Origin: Deltaproteobacteria bacterium
Lineage (GTDB): Bacteria > Desulfobacterota > DSM-4660 > Desulfatiglandales > HGW-15
Length of the DNA: 64,000 nt
Assembly: GCA_019310525.1 (NCBI GenBank)
Contig: JAFDEE010000046.1
Location: 3,452-67,451, forward strand
Direction of reading: 5' to 3'
The notes under the pieces were generated by a model. The model was not told the DNA's origin. It was given only the letters and a program-made list of their open reading frames with translations, and ran no database searches. Shown piece after piece: positions 8,804 to 18,732 of the stretch. Within the stretch, counting starts at the first letter, position 1. Each line of letters starts with the position of its first letter. The position numbers and the translations under genes are program-made.

Positions 8804-9560
8804 CTGAACCTCTTGAGCCTGAGTGACAATGGGCCTTTTTCCAGACCCTTTTTGGATCAAGCATTTTTCTTGAAAACATCGTTCGCTCCACCGGGAAAAG
8901 GGGCATGGGTGTCTTTTCTGAAGTGACCTGTTGGGAGGCCTTCGTTATTTCAAGGGGTTAGGGATGGGGGAAGCCCCGGCTCCCGCTTGTAAAAGCGGGA
9001 GAACGGCGGAGGGGGCCAGTGTCCCCCGTCCCTAACCCCTTGAAATAACCAGGCCGTGAGACCGGGACCCCCGTCCCTAACCCCTTGAAATAACCAGGCC
9101 GTGAGACCGGGAACGAAGAAAAGATCCCCATGTCCCTTTGATCTAATTTGGTGAATACTTTATTAATTCGATACCAGCTTCTGAAGGGCCGCTGGCGCCT
9201 TTTCTTTCGTTCGGAGGCTCCCGGGCTGGTGTTTTCAGCGGCTTATCAGCGGGGGACACTTGCCCGCCGCTTCCTGGCGGGCCGGCCCCCTCCGCATTCT
9301 CCCGCTCTAAGAAGAGCGTGAGCTGCGGAAAACGACGGCGCCCTCCCGCCGGTCACTTCAGAAAAGGGGCCATCGGCCCTTGTTCAAACCATCCTTCCGA
9401 GGAGAAAAGGATCGAAAGCATCAAGCCTTGGTACCCGAATTTCAACTGTAATTGGACCTCTTGAACCGGAGTGACAATGGGCGTTTTTCATAGGTCTCTT
9501 GAAATAACCAGGCCGTGAGACTCGGGAACGAGGAAAAGATCCCCATACCCCTTCAATTTA
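8757..9560. repeat. composite intergenic repeat block R1
   Basis: Alignable by eye, in inverted orientation, with 37925-38960; internally duplicated (8757-8940 vs 9405-9500); contains a 105-bp palindrome (8944-9050) and an exact 45-bp tandem duplication (9023-9067, 9068-9112). Confidence 0.85.
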
Positions 9561-9789
9561 ATCCCTAATCAGGTGATAAATTCCCAGAGGCCTACAGGTG
9601 CCCGGTTTCAGGGATTTTTCGTGGAAAGGGGGATTGTTGCCCCCTTTTCCTTATGTTATTCTGCGGTTGAAGAGACAAACTCAATCCGGGAAATGTACAT
9701 GACTCCATTGATGGCGTATCCGGGGGGAGTGTACGACACAAGCATGAAGAGCCCCTCCGGTCGCCTTTCTCCCCGGGAAAGGCTTTTAC

Positions 9790-10821
9790 ATGGCTAGCGG
9801 GGTTTCGAAAAAGTGGGCCGTTCTTTCCTTCGGCCTGGTCCTTTTCGGCGGTCTTCTCTTCCTTGCCCGCATGTTCCTCTTCATATATCGCCCGGCTGAC
9901 CCTGTGGCTCCATTGGAGCGGGTGCTCATCCGGGAAGGCGCTACCCTTTCCGAGGTGGCTACGGAACTGGAGCACCGAAAGATCCTCCGGAATAGGCTGT
10001 TATTCCTGATATGGGCACGGGCAAAGGGGGAAGGACGACGGATCAAGACCGGAGAGTACCTGCTGAGCGCCTCAATGCCCCCTTCCCGGATCCTGGTAAA
10101 GCTTACCAGGGGCGAGGTGATGACCCATGCCGTTACTATCCCGGAGGGTTGGACCAGGTATCAGATTGCCCGTTTGCTGGCCGTGAAAGGCCTTGTGGAC
10201 GAAAGGCATTTTCTTTCCCTGTGTAATGATCCCGGCCTGGTTAAGGCGTATGGTCTTGAGGGAGAAACTCTGGAGGGATTTCTCTATCCCGACACATACC
10301 ATTTTTCCTTAGGGCTTCCCGCCCGCAAAATCATCGACGTGATGGTGAAACGGTTCCTCGAGGTGATTCAACCCCTGGGTGAAGCGATCAAGCGGTCAAG
10401 CTTGACCTTGAGGGAGGTGGTGACCCTGGCCTCTATCGTTGAAAAGGAGACCGGGAGGCCGGAGGAGCGGCCCTTGATCGCCAGCGTCTTCTTGAACCGG
10501 CTCAAGCGGGGAATGCGCCTGGAAAGCGATCCCACGGTCATATACGGTCTTTCCCATTTCGACGGGAACCTGACGCGGAAAGATCTTCACCGGCCCACAC
10601 CTTACAACACTTATGTCATCCGGGGACTCCCCCCCGGACCCATCGCCAATCCAGGTCTTGCATCCATCAGGGCCGTCCTTTTCCCCGAACGGACTGAATA
10701 CCTCTACTTCGTTTCCAAGAACGACGGCACCCACCATTTTTCAAAAACCCTCCGTGAACACAACCGGGCCGTTTCCAGGTACCAGAAAAAGAGGGGAAAA
10801 GGACATAAAAAAGGGTCTTGA
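9790..10821 (+). CDS. mltG: endolytic murein transglycosylase MltG (YceG-like)
   Basis: 343 aa; N-terminal TM; conserved LASIVEKET...FLNRL...DPTVIYG region. Confidence 0.9.
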   Translation: MASGVSKKWAVLSFGLVLFGGLLFLARMFLFIYRPADPVAPLERVLIREGATLSEVATELEHRKILRNRLLFLIWARAKGEGRRIKTGEYLLSASMPPSRILVKLTRGEVMTHAVTIPEGWTRYQIARLLAVKGLVDERHFLSLCNDPGLVKAYGLEGETLEGFLYPDTYHFSLGLPARKIIDVMVKRFLEVIQPLGEAIKRSSLTLREVVTLASIVEKETGRPEERPLIASVFLNRLKRGMRLESDPTVIYGLSHFDGNLTRKDLHRPTPYNTYVIRGLPPGPIANPGLASIRAVLFPERTEYLYFVSKNDGTHHFSKTLREHNRAVSRYQKKRGKGHKKGS

Positions 10822-10846
10822 CACTGAATACTGTATACAGTATACA
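10818..10846 (+). promoter_or_regulatory. sigma-70-like promoter with overlapping 14-bp palindromic operator
   Basis: TTGACA (10818-10823), 17-nt spacer, TATACA (10841-10846); perfect palindrome TACTGTATACAGTA (10829-10842) spans spacer and -10 and fits the GntR-family GT-Nx-AC operator pattern. Confidence 0.5.
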
Positions 10847-10882
10847 GGCCATTTAACGTGTCCCTGATGCACGCGACCGTCT

Positions 10883-10927
10883 CCTGACGCCGAGATTGGG
10901 CAAAAGGGAGCGTTTTTCAAAGGTCTC
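10883..10927. repeat. solo right end of the GAGACC-type element
   Basis: cctgacgccgagattgggcaaaagggagcgtttttcaaaggtctc matches the right end of the 1054-1243 element. Confidence 0.7.
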
Positions 10928-11011
10928 AGGAAATAAGGACGACACTCCGCAAAAAGGCCCCGGGATACAATCACCGCTAACCCTTTCCCCTATCCCCATT
11001 GGAGGTGTTTC

Positions 11012-12202
11012 ATGGATCTTTTCAAGGACCTCACGGTATTGTCCCTCGAACAGGCGACCGTCCTCCCCTACCTTACTTTCAGGTTGGCCCATGACGGGAT
11101 GAACGTCATTCGGCTGGAACATCCCGTATATGGCGACCCCAACCGGATGGTGGGAGAAAGGGTCATGGACGAGGAACGAATGAACTCCTACTACCTTTGC
11201 ATCAATGCGGGGAAAAAGGCCCTGACCTTGGATCTTGCCTCACCGGAGGGCCGAGAGCTGTTCCGTTCCCTGATCACCAATCTCAAGGTGGATATCTTTG
11301 CAACCAACCAGCTTCCCAGGAATTACAAGAAGCTGGGGATCGATTACGAGACCCTGAAGGAAATCAAGCCGGACATCATCTGGCTGGGACTTACGGGTTT
11401 CGGTCCGGACAGCAACGAGGCGGCCTACGACCCCATCCTCCAAGCCCGATCAGGCCTCATGGAACTCACGGGGGAGGCCGACGGAGATCCGCAGGTCCTG
11501 GGAATCCCACTCCCCGACATGGGAACCAGCGTTCATGCATACGGGGAATTGATGAAGGCCCTTTACCGCCGACAGGTCACGGGGGAAGGGGCCTGTATCA
11601 ATGTATCGATGTTCGAATCATCCGTTTCCTGGTTGACGGTCCCCATCACCATCTCGACCCTCACCGGGAAGAAGATTTCCAGGAGGGGGAACACCCACGA
11701 GTTTTTCTGTCCGGTTTCGGTTTACAAGACTTCCGACGGGTTTATCTACCTTGCCGTGGGGAACGATCGACAATGGAAATCCATGGTTTCCCTGGAGATG
11801 TTCAAGTCCCTCGACCGCCCGGAATATGAAAAGAACGCGGGCCGGATCAAGGACGTGGATCAGATCAACCGGGCCATCAACGAGATTACAAGCCAGCACA
11901 CTTCCAGTGAACTCATCGAACTGTTCAATTCCATCACCCTTCCCGTCAGCCGAATCAACACGATCCCCGAGGTGATTGCAGATCCCCTCGTGGAGCGACG
12001 GCTCCTCTATTCAGAGGATCCGAAAACCGGACTCCGTATCACCCTCGCGCCGCCCCCCGTGATGAGCCCTTTTCTGGAGAGCGCAGGCCGCATGCTTTCT
12101 TTCCCTCCCCGTTTCGGGGAGCACAACCAGGCCATCTACGGCGGCATCCTGGGCTATTCGGATCAGCAACTGGCGGATTTGAAAGAGAAAAAGGTAATTT
12201 AG
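11012..12202 (+). CDS. family III CoA-transferase (CaiB/BaiF; IaaL/BbsEF-like)
   Basis: 396 aa; N-terminal LxxLTVLSLEQATVLPY pattern typical of the family. Confidence 0.85.
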   Translation: MDLFKDLTVLSLEQATVLPYLTFRLAHDGMNVIRLEHPVYGDPNRMVGERVMDEERMNSYYLCINAGKKALTLDLASPEGRELFRSLITNLKVDIFATNQLPRNYKKLGIDYETLKEIKPDIIWLGLTGFGPDSNEAAYDPILQARSGLMELTGEADGDPQVLGIPLPDMGTSVHAYGELMKALYRRQVTGEGACINVSMFESSVSWLTVPITISTLTGKKISRRGNTHEFFCPVSVYKTSDGFIYLAVGNDRQWKSMVSLEMFKSLDRPEYEKNAGRIKDVDQINRAINEITSQHTSSELIELFNSITLPVSRINTIPEVIADPLVERRLLYSEDPKTGLRITLAPPPVMSPFLESAGRMLSFPPRFGEHNQAIYGGILGYSDQQLADLKEKKVI

Positions 12203-12203
12203 T

Positions 12204-12245
12204 CCCCGCGCTCAAGGCGGACCGGGAAGCGGCGGGGCCTTTTTC
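12204..12245 (+). terminator. hairpin plus T run after the CoA-transferase (terminator or attenuator)
   Basis: ccccgc (12204-12209) pairs with gcgggg (12232-12237), followed by ccttttt. Confidence 0.4.
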
Positions 12246-12320
12246 ACGCCTAGCCCTCTCGGCCGAAAAGACCGCCGCGTGGGCCTATTCATTTTCATCG
12301 TCAATGGAGCACTCATCACC

Positions 12321-13112
12321 ATGAAGATCATCGTACTGGTCAAACAGGTGCCGGATACCACGGAGGTCAAACTGGATCCCAAGACGGGAAATCTCATCCG
12401 GGAGGGGATCAAGAGCATCATCAACCCGGACGATCTCCACGCCCTTGAGGCCGCCGTCGGGATCAGGGAGCAGGTTGGGGGGCGGGTCATCGCCCTTTCC
12501 ATGGGGCCTCCCCAGGCCATCGACGCCCTTTCCGAGGCCATGGGAATGGGGGCCGATGAATGCATCCTTCTTACCGATCGGGCCTTTGCCGGTGCGGACA
12601 CTTGGGCGACGTCCACCACTTTGGGCTTGGCCATGGAGAAGATCGGGGATTTCGATCTCGTGATCGCCGGTAGGCAGGCCATAGACGGGGATACGGCCCA
12701 GATCGGCCCGCAGGTGGCTGAATACCTCCATATCCCCCATGTCACCTATGTCTTTGAAATAGAGGCAGTCAGGAAAAAGAGTCTCATCGTGAAACGGAGG
12801 CTGGAAGACGGGTTTGAGCGCATCCAATGCGCCCTTCCGGCCCTGCTCACCGTGATCGGGGAAATGAATACTCCGCGCTATCCCCACGTTGCCGGCCTGA
12901 TCGAGGCCTGCAGGGAAAAGGCCCCCATCCGGGTCTGGAACGCTGCTGACATCGGGGCTCAGGTGCGCCAGGTAGGCCTGGAGGGCTCCTTGACCCATGT
13001 CATTCGCACCTTTGCGCCCAAGGCCCGCAGAGAGGGAGAGATCCTGGAGGGGAGCGCCAGGGAGACGGTCGAAACCCTGGTGGAGAAGCTTAGGGAAAAG
13101 AGACTCGTTTGA
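12321..13112 (+). CDS. etfB: electron transfer flavoprotein beta subunit
   Basis: Start moved to MKIIVLVKQVPD, the canonical EtfB N-terminus. Confidence 0.9.
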   Translation: MKIIVLVKQVPDTTEVKLDPKTGNLIREGIKSIINPDDLHALEAAVGIREQVGGRVIALSMGPPQAIDALSEAMGMGADECILLTDRAFAGADTWATSTTLGLAMEKIGDFDLVIAGRQAIDGDTAQIGPQVAEYLHIPHVTYVFEIEAVRKKSLIVKRRLEDGFERIQCALPALLTVIGEMNTPRYPHVAGLIEACREKAPIRVWNAADIGAQVRQVGLEGSLTHVIRTFAPKARREGEILEGSARETVETLVEKLREKRLV

Positions 13113-13145
13113 GCCGTAGTCCATCACAGGGTAGGGGAGTAAATC

Positions 13146-14327
13146 ATGACGGTATGGATTGAAGCGGATCTCTGTAACGCCTGCAGACGTTGCATCAAGG
13201 CCTGCCCCTATGGGGCGATAGAATTGAAGGGAGAAAAGGCCCATGTCTTGGAGCGGTGCACCTCTTGCGGGGCCTGCCTGGAGGTTTGCAAGCAGGGGGC
13301 CATCAAGAGCGATATCACGCCGAGGAGCATCCCGGATTTCAGCGAATGGCGGGGGGTGTGGGTCTACGTGGAGCAACGAGGAGGAGAGCTTCACCCGGTC
13401 TCCTTGGAACTCCTCGGCAAGGCCCAGGACCTGGCCGGGGCTCTGGACCAGGAGGTCTGCGCTGTGCTGGTGGGGTACGGCGTGTCTGGTCTTGCCTCCA
13501 CCCTCATGGAATACGGGGCGGACAAGGTGTACCTGGCCGACTACAAGGCCCTCAAGGATTACCGTCCCCTCTCCTATGTCAGGGTGATGGAGGAGTGGAT
13601 CAGGGAATACAAGCCCAATATCCTGCTCATCGGGGCGACCCATGTGGGAAGGGATCTCGCACCGAGGCTCTCCCGCCGTGTGGCGGTCGGACTTACGGCG
13701 GACTGTACTGAGTTGACCATCGACCCGGAAGAGAAGATTCTTCTCCAGACACGGCCCGCCTTCGGCGGGAACGTCATGGCGACCATCGCCAGCCGGTACT
13801 CACGTCCCCAGATGGCCACGGTCCGGCCCGGGATCATGGAACCCAGGCGGGTCCCGGGGAAGAAGGGGGAGATCGTGAAACAGCGGGTTTCCATCACGGA
13901 GAAGGAGATCGGCACCAAGGTGCTGGAGTCCGTGAGGGAAAAGAAGAAGGGCGTGAACCTCGCCCAGGCCAAGGTGATCGTGGCCGGGGGCCGCGGGGTA
14001 GGGGACGCCCGGGGCTTTGGTGTTTTGAGAAAATTGGCCGAGGCCGTCGGAGGGGAAGTGGCGGGGACCCGGGTAGCCGTGGAAGAAGGGTGGATACCCC
14101 AGGAACGCCAGATCGGACAGACAGGACAATCGGTCAGACCTGAACTCTACATAGCCTGCGGGGTCTCCGGCGCAATCCAACACAGGGCCGGGATGATGAA
14201 TTCCCGGTACATCGTGGCCATCAACAGGGATCCCCGGGCCCCCATATTCCAGGTGGCTGACTGGGGAATCGTGGGAGACCTGCACGAGGTCGTGCCCGAG
14301 TTGATCAACAGGTTGAAAAAAGGTTGA
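13146..14327 (+). CDS. etfA: electron transfer flavoprotein alpha subunit with N-terminal 2x[4Fe-4S] ferredoxin domain
   Basis: 393 aa; [12 protein letters not shown] and [11 protein letters not shown] motifs, then an EtfA/FixB body. Confidence 0.9.
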   Translation: MTVWIEADLCNACRRCIKACPYGAIELKGEKAHVLERCTSCGACLEVCKQGAIKSDITPRSIPDFSEWRGVWVYVEQRGGELHPVSLELLGKAQDLAGALDQEVCAVLVGYGVSGLASTLMEYGADKVYLADYKALKDYRPLSYVRVMEEWIREYKPNILLIGATHVGRDLAPRLSRRVAVGLTADCTELTIDPEEKILLQTRPAFGGNVMATIASRYSRPQMATVRPGIMEPRRVPGKKGEIVKQRVSITEKEIGTKVLESVREKKKGVNLAQAKVIVAGGRGVGDARGFGVLRKLAEAVGGEVAGTRVAVEEGWIPQERQIGQTGQSVRPELYIACGVSGAIQHRAGMMNSRYIVAINRDPRAPIFQVADWGIVGDLHEVVPELINRLKKG

Positions 14328-14355
14328 AGAGGTTCCGGCAGGGAGGATTCATCAG

Positions 14356-15489
14356 ATGATCAGATCCGATGCTGAAAACCTGGTTCGTAATAGCGTAGCC
14401 CGGTTTGTGGACAAGGAAGTGATCCCGGTGGCCCAGGAGGTGGACGAGAAGGGCGAGTTCCCCATGGAGCTGTTCCAGAAAGTGGCCGCCATGGGAATCC
14501 TGGGTGTTCGTTATCCCCGCAATAAGGGGGGATCAGGGGGCAACACGACCCTTTACTGTATATGCGTGGAGGAACTGGCCCGCGGTCTCCTCAGTCTGGC
14601 GGCCATCACGGCCATGCAGTGCCTGATGGGGACCAACTTTCTATTTCACTACGGTACGGAGGAGATGCGGAAAAAGTATTTTCTCCCGGCCATGAAGGGG
14701 GAGAAGATCGGCTGTTTCCTCCTGACCGAACCCGAGGTGGGTTCCGATCTGGCCAACGTCAACACCATCGCGAAGAAGACGGACAAGGGCTTCGTCGTCA
14801 ACGGCATGAAGACATGGGTGACCAACGGACCGGTGGCGAGCTTTTTCACGGTCCTCTGTCAAACGGACCCGGCCAAGAAACTGAAGGGTCTTAATTTTTT
14901 CTTCATCCCCAGGGAGACCCCCGGGGTCTCGGTGAGCAAGCCCTTTGATCTCCTGGGTACGAGGACGACCAAGATCTCGGAGCTCTCTTTCAACAACTGC
15001 CACATTCCATTCGAGTACCGCCTCGGGGGGGAAGGCCAGGGTACCAACAACCTCCTTGAGATCCTCTCCGAGATCAGGACCATGACGGCCGCCCTTGCGA
15101 TCGGCCTCTCCCAGGCCGCCCTGGAGGACTCCATCAAGTATGCACACGAAAGGATCCAGTTCGGAAGACCGATCAGCAAGTTCCAGCTCATCCAGGCCAA
15201 GGTGGCGGAAATGGCCGTGGATATCGAGGCCTCCCGGTTGCTTACCTACAAGGCGACCCACATGATCGACGACGGGATCCCCTGCCTCAAGGAATCTTCC
15301 ATGGCCAAGTATTTCGCCACGGAGACGGCCTGCAAGGCCGGGGACTATGTCACGAGGATCTTTGGGGCCTATGGATATTCCATGGAATATACCGCCCAGC
15401 GATATTACCGGGACAATCGGTTCCTCCTTTACGGAGGAGGGACCCATGAGGTGCTTTTGCCCAACATTGCACGGTGGGTCGGATTGTAA
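14356..15489 (+). CDS. acyl-CoA dehydrogenase
   Basis: 377 aa, typical ACAD length and motifs ([16 protein letters not shown] near the C-terminus). Confidence 0.9.
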   Translation: MIRSDAENLVRNSVARFVDKEVIPVAQEVDEKGEFPMELFQKVAAMGILGVRYPRNKGGSGGNTTLYCICVEELARGLLSLAAITAMQCLMGTNFLFHYGTEEMRKKYFLPAMKGEKIGCFLLTEPEVGSDLANVNTIAKKTDKGFVVNGMKTWVTNGPVASFFTVLCQTDPAKKLKGLNFFFIPRETPGVSVSKPFDLLGTRTTKISELSFNNCHIPFEYRLGGEGQGTNNLLEILSEIRTMTAALAIGLSQAALEDSIKYAHERIQFGRPISKFQLIQAKVAEMAVDIEASRLLTYKATHMIDDGIPCLKESSMAKYFATETACKAGDYVTRIFGAYGYSMEYTAQRYYRDNRFLLYGGGTHEVLLPNIARWVGL

Positions 15490-15509
15490 TTTTGACGGGG
15501 TGAGGGGAA

Positions 15510-16220
15510 ATGAACAGAAAAGGCGAAGCGGCGGAACTCGATCTTGAGCCCTTGGGGCGGTTTGCGCATCGAAAGTCCCTGGGAGAGCATGTCTTCGAGA
15601 GCCTCAAACAGGCCATCATCCGCGGGGACATCGCGCCGGGGAGCAGACTGGTGGAGAGCCGTATCGCCAACAGTCTGGATATCAGCCGCACACCCGTGCG
15701 GGAGGCCATTCACAAGCTGGAAAGAGAAGGCCTTATCCAGAGGCTCCCGAGGGGCGGCTTTTCGGTGCTGGGGTTCACCCGGCAGGATATCGAAGAGACC
15801 TTCGGGATCAGGAGCGTCCTGGAAAGCTACGCCGCCCGGCTGGCGGCAGAAAAGCACGAGGAAAAGGATCTGCTGCCACTGGAGGCGAAGATCCGGGAGT
15901 TTCAGAGCTGCCTTGAAAAGGGCCGAATGGAGAAACTGCCGGAGATCAACACCGAGTTCCACAATCTGCTCTATGCCTTGAGCCGGAGCCCGAGGCTCAT
16001 AAAGATGATCAACGATCTTCGGGACCAGATCTATCGCTTCAGGAAGATTATCCTCAAGGTGGACAACATGGCGCGCACCAGCAACGAGGACCACCTGAAG
16101 ATGCTGAGGGCCATTAGGGCCAGGGACCTTGAGGGAGTGGAGCGGCTGGTCCGGGAACATATCCTCAGGGGGCAACGGGTGGTTCTTGAGGCCTTTGAGA
16201 ACAGGGAATATGAGGGCTGA
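15510..16220 (+). CDS. GntR-family regulator (FadR/FCD subfamily)
   Basis: 236 aa; N-terminal winged HTH (SRTPVREAIHKLEREGLI) plus helical FCD-type C-terminal domain. Confidence 0.85.
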   Translation: MNRKGEAAELDLEPLGRFAHRKSLGEHVFESLKQAIIRGDIAPGSRLVESRIANSLDISRTPVREAIHKLEREGLIQRLPRGGFSVLGFTRQDIEETFGIRSVLESYAARLAAEKHEEKDLLPLEAKIREFQSCLEKGRMEKLPEINTEFHNLLYALSRSPRLIKMINDLRDQIYRFRKIILKVDNMARTSNEDHLKMLRAIRARDLEGVERLVREHILRGQRVVLEAFENREYEG

Positions 16221-16295
16221 TTCCCTCCTTTGAGGGCCGCGCCCGTGGTCCCTGGGAGTGGAGAATTCAGGCCGTACGGGGAGGACAAGAAAAAA

Positions 16296-16697
16296 ATGAC
16301 GGATAAAAAAATCAGGGTCCTGTTGGCGAAACCCGGGCTGGATGGACATGACCGTGGGGCCAAGGTGGTGGCCCATGCCCTTAGAGACGCCGGGATGGAG
16401 GTCATCTATACCGGTCTGCATCAACCGGTTCCCAGTATCGTTAAGCAGGCCGTGCAGGAAGACGTGGATGTCATCGGGCTCTCGATCATGTCCGGCGCCC
16501 ATGTGCCTATCTGCAGGAAACTCATGTCCCTGATCAAAGAGGAGAATTTTGACGGGGTCCTCGTCGTGGTGGGCGGAGTGATTCCCAACAAGGACGTACC
16601 AGTGCTCAAGGAGATGGGAATCGAGGGGGTTTTCCCCGGGGGGAGCTCCTTTGAGGAGATCGTGAAGTTCATCCGGGAGCGTGTTTCTCGAAGGTAA
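16296..16697 (+). CDS. B12-binding small subunit of an acyl-CoA mutase
   Basis: Start moved to MTDKKIRVLLAKPGLDGHDRG; DxHxxG cobalamin-binding signature. Confidence 0.9.
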   Translation: MTDKKIRVLLAKPGLDGHDRGAKVVAHALRDAGMEVIYTGLHQPVPSIVKQAVQEDVDVIGLSIMSGAHVPICRKLMSLIKEENFDGVLVVVGGVIPNKDVPVLKEMGIEGVFPGGSSFEEIVKFIRERVSRR

Positions 16698-16753
16698 GGC
16701 ACCTAGAGACCCGGAATGCGTTCGGGGGCGGCGGGGGCCCCAGGAGGGAAAAA

Positions 16754-18382
16754 ATGGGAGTTGCAACCTACATCAAGGATGAAAAAGACGCTATCCAGGA
16801 GGTCATCTACCAGTCCGGGATCAAGGTCAAACCGGTTTACACCCCGGAAGACCTGGAAAGGATCGGGTTCGATTATCAAAAGGATCTGGGAGATCCAGGC
16901 CGGTTTCCTTACACCCGGAGCCTCCATCCTTTGGGATACCGGAGCCGGAATTGGACCACTCGTCAATACACGGGATTCGGCACCCCGGAGGAGACCAACG
17001 AGCGGTTCAAGCTGATGATATCCCACGGCCAGACCGGTCTCAACGTGGCCTTTGACCTGCCGACCCAGATGGGGTACGACTCCGACGACCCCATGGCCGA
17101 AGGAGAAGTGGGCCGGGTGGGGATGGCCGTGGACTCTCTGAAAGACTTCGAGATCGCCTTCAAGGACATCCGTCTGGACAAGATCGGGTCGGGACTGACC
17201 ATCAATGCCGTGGCCTCTATTATGCTGGCCATGTACGAGTCCGTAGCGGCAAAATTCGGTTATGACAAGCGGCAGATCTCCGCGACCCCCCAAAACGACA
17301 TCCTCAAGGAAATCGTCGGGCGTGGTGCCTGGGTCTACCCGGTGGAGCCCGCCGTCCGGTTGATCGGGGATACCATCGAGTATTCCATGAAGGAACTGCC
17401 CCGGTGCAACCCGGTGTCCATTTGCGGATACCATATCCGGGAATCGGGTTGCACGCCGGCCCAGGAGATTTCTTATGCCTTCATGATCGCCTTTGCTTAC
17501 ATCGACAATGTGGTGGCCAGGGGGTACAAGGCGGAAGAGTTCGTGGGAAGGTTTTCCTTCAACCTGAATGTGTACGGTAATCTCTGGGAAACTGTGGCGA
17601 AGTTCAGGGCCGCCCGCAAGCTTTGGGCAAGGCTGCTCAAGGAACGATACGGCGTCAAGAAGGAAAAGGCCCTTTTCCTCCGGGGCATCTTCGGCGGCGG
17701 GGGATCGGGTATGACCAAGCAGCAGCCGGAGAACAATATCGTGAGAGGCGCCTATTACGCCCTGGCGGCGGCCCTCTCCGGCGCCCAGACCACGGCCCTT
17801 TGTTCCTTTGACGAGGCCTACACCATCCCCACCGAAAGGGCCGCCCTCCTGTCTCTCAGGACATTCCAGATTCTCATGGACGAGATCGGCCTCCGGGACA
17901 CGGTGGATCCCCTGGGGGGATCCTATTTCATCGAGACCCTCACCAAGGAGATGGAGGAAAAGATCCTGGAGGAGATGGAAAAGGTGGAGAAGATCGGCGG
18001 TATGATCGAGGCCGTGGCCACTGGATACGTCCAGAGGGAAGTGGCCCGGCAGGCATACGAGTACGAGAGGAAGCTCCAGGAAGGGAAAGTCACCAAGGTG
18101 GGGGTGAACAAGTACACCGAGGGCGTGGACATGGAGGTGGAACTGCACGAGTACAACGAAGAGTGGGCGCGTCTCCAGATCCAGCGGCTCAAAGAACTCA
18201 GGAAGAAACGAGACAACAAGGCCGTAGCCGAGGCCCTGAAGGACCTGGAGAAGGCGGCTAAAGGACAGGAAAACGTCATGCCTTTCCTGGTGAATTGTTG
18301 CAAGCGGTATGCGACGGTGGGTGAAATGGCCAATGTCTTCAGGGATGTTTTTGGCGAATACGTGGAGCCGAGTATCTTTTAG
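16754..18382 (+). CDS. acyl-CoA mutase large (catalytic) subunit, methylmalonyl-CoA mutase family
   Basis: 542 aa; MCM N-terminal TIM-barrel-type sequence (TRQYTGFGTPEETNERFK). Confidence 0.9.
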   Translation: MGVATYIKDEKDAIQEVIYQSGIKVKPVYTPEDLERIGFDYQKDLGDPGRFPYTRSLHPLGYRSRNWTTRQYTGFGTPEETNERFKLMISHGQTGLNVAFDLPTQMGYDSDDPMAEGEVGRVGMAVDSLKDFEIAFKDIRLDKIGSGLTINAVASIMLAMYESVAAKFGYDKRQISATPQNDILKEIVGRGAWVYPVEPAVRLIGDTIEYSMKELPRCNPVSICGYHIRESGCTPAQEISYAFMIAFAYIDNVVARGYKAEEFVGRFSFNLNVYGNLWETVAKFRAARKLWARLLKERYGVKKEKALFLRGIFGGGGSGMTKQQPENNIVRGAYYALAAALSGAQTTALCSFDEAYTIPTERAALLSLRTFQILMDEIGLRDTVDPLGGSYFIETLTKEMEEKILEEMEKVEKIGGMIEAVATGYVQREVARQAYEYERKLQEGKVTKVGVNKYTEGVDMEVELHEYNEEWARLQIQRLKELRKKRDNKAVAEALKDLEKAAKGQENVMPFLVNCCKRYATVGEMANVFRDVFGEYVEPSIF

Positions 18383-18732
18383 TCCTTGTGAACGGCAGGA
18401 GAAAGGAGGTGAAGAGAGAAAGTCGACCACCGTTAATCCCTCGCCAACCGAGAGGGTGGTGTGAGACATGAGGGACAATCATCACGGCGGGCACATTTTG
18501 TTTGGCATTCATTGCCTCGGCGTTTTTTTGCAACTGCTCGGTATTACCAGTATGACCATCCTGATCGTCTTTCCTCTGATCAACCTCCTTTTGCCCGGTA
18601 TTGAACACTGAGGGAGTGGGAGAGGGGAGAATGTTGGGGGGTGGAGACCATGAACCGAAGGGCGAGGCGGTATCCGGGCTCCTCAGCCCTTGTAAACCCA
18701 ACAGGGGATGAAGGAAAAGGGGTAAGTAAATC

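Noticed and set aside
8944-9050. Palindrome family as integron attC sites (GTTAGGG / CCCTAAC resemble the GTTRRRY / RYYYAAC cores)
   Set aside because: There is no intI. Copies are not arranged as same-orientation cassette boundaries. The arms are 28 bp and almost perfectly paired, rather than bulged R/L boxes. The last core position is G, not Y.
10829-10842. TACTGTATACAGTA as a LexA SOS box
   Set aside because: Read as CTGT...ACAG, the spacing is 9 rather than the enterobacterial 8. The downstream genes are catabolic, not SOS. A GntR-type operator fits better. This is not fully excluded.
12285-13643. 452-aa minus-strand ORF opposite etfB/etfA
   Set aside because: It exactly shadows two well-supported plus-strand genes. 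Its sequence is low-complexity and Gly/Pro/Arg/His-rich with no motifs. This is the typical antisense open frame of GC-rich coding DNA.
16703-18478. 591-aa minus-strand ORF opposite the mutase large subunit
   Set aside because: Same reasoning: the plus-strand product has unmistakable methylmalonyl-CoA mutase family sequence, and the antisense frame has none.
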